Below, in pieces: positions 5,881 to 5,903 of a stretch of DNA of 5,903 bases (positions within the stretch are counted from its first letter, which is position 1; each line of letters starts with the position of its first letter). The position numbers and the translations under genes are program-made. Source of the stretch: Octopus sinensis (taxonomy: Eukaryota); the NCBI RefSeq assembly GCF_006345805.1, contig NW_021829795.1, positions 1 to 5,903 on the forward strand, in the 5' to 3' direction. The notes beneath the pieces are model-generated. The model did no database searches, was not told the origin of the DNA, and saw nothing but the letters and a program-made list of their open reading frames with translations.

Positions 5881-5903
5881 CAGTGGTTAGGGCACCGGAC
5901 TCG
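5881..5903 (+). mobile_element. Start of another family B-like SINE head, cut by the window edge
   Basis: CAGTGGTTAGGGCACCGGACTCG matches 2380-2402 (CAGTGGTTAGGGCAGCGGACTCG) at 22 of 23 positions. Confidence 0.75.

Overview
This is repeat-dense eukaryotic non-genic DNA with no supportable host protein-coding gene, RNA gene or CRISPR array. The SINE families and dense compound microsatellites look like those I recall from coleoid cephalopod (Octopus-type) genomes; this is an inference, not a search result. The window contains (i) about a dozen tRNA-derived SINE copies or fragments built from shared, shuffled modules, one flanked by a perfect 12-bp target-site duplication; (ii) a 5'-truncated, dead RTE-clade LINE on the minus strand (about 4947-5877) with a (CAAGA)n tail and an internal 102/103-bp tandem duplication that leaves the reading frame intact; (iii) a minus-strand minimal hammerhead-ribozyme-like motif (448-480) of the kind carried by Penelope-like retroelements; and (iv) many microsatellites, which explain most ORFs in the supplied track. 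The best leads are the hammerhead motif, the frame-preserving LINE duplication, and a twin hairpin that recurs across SINE copies with conserved stems and variable loops.
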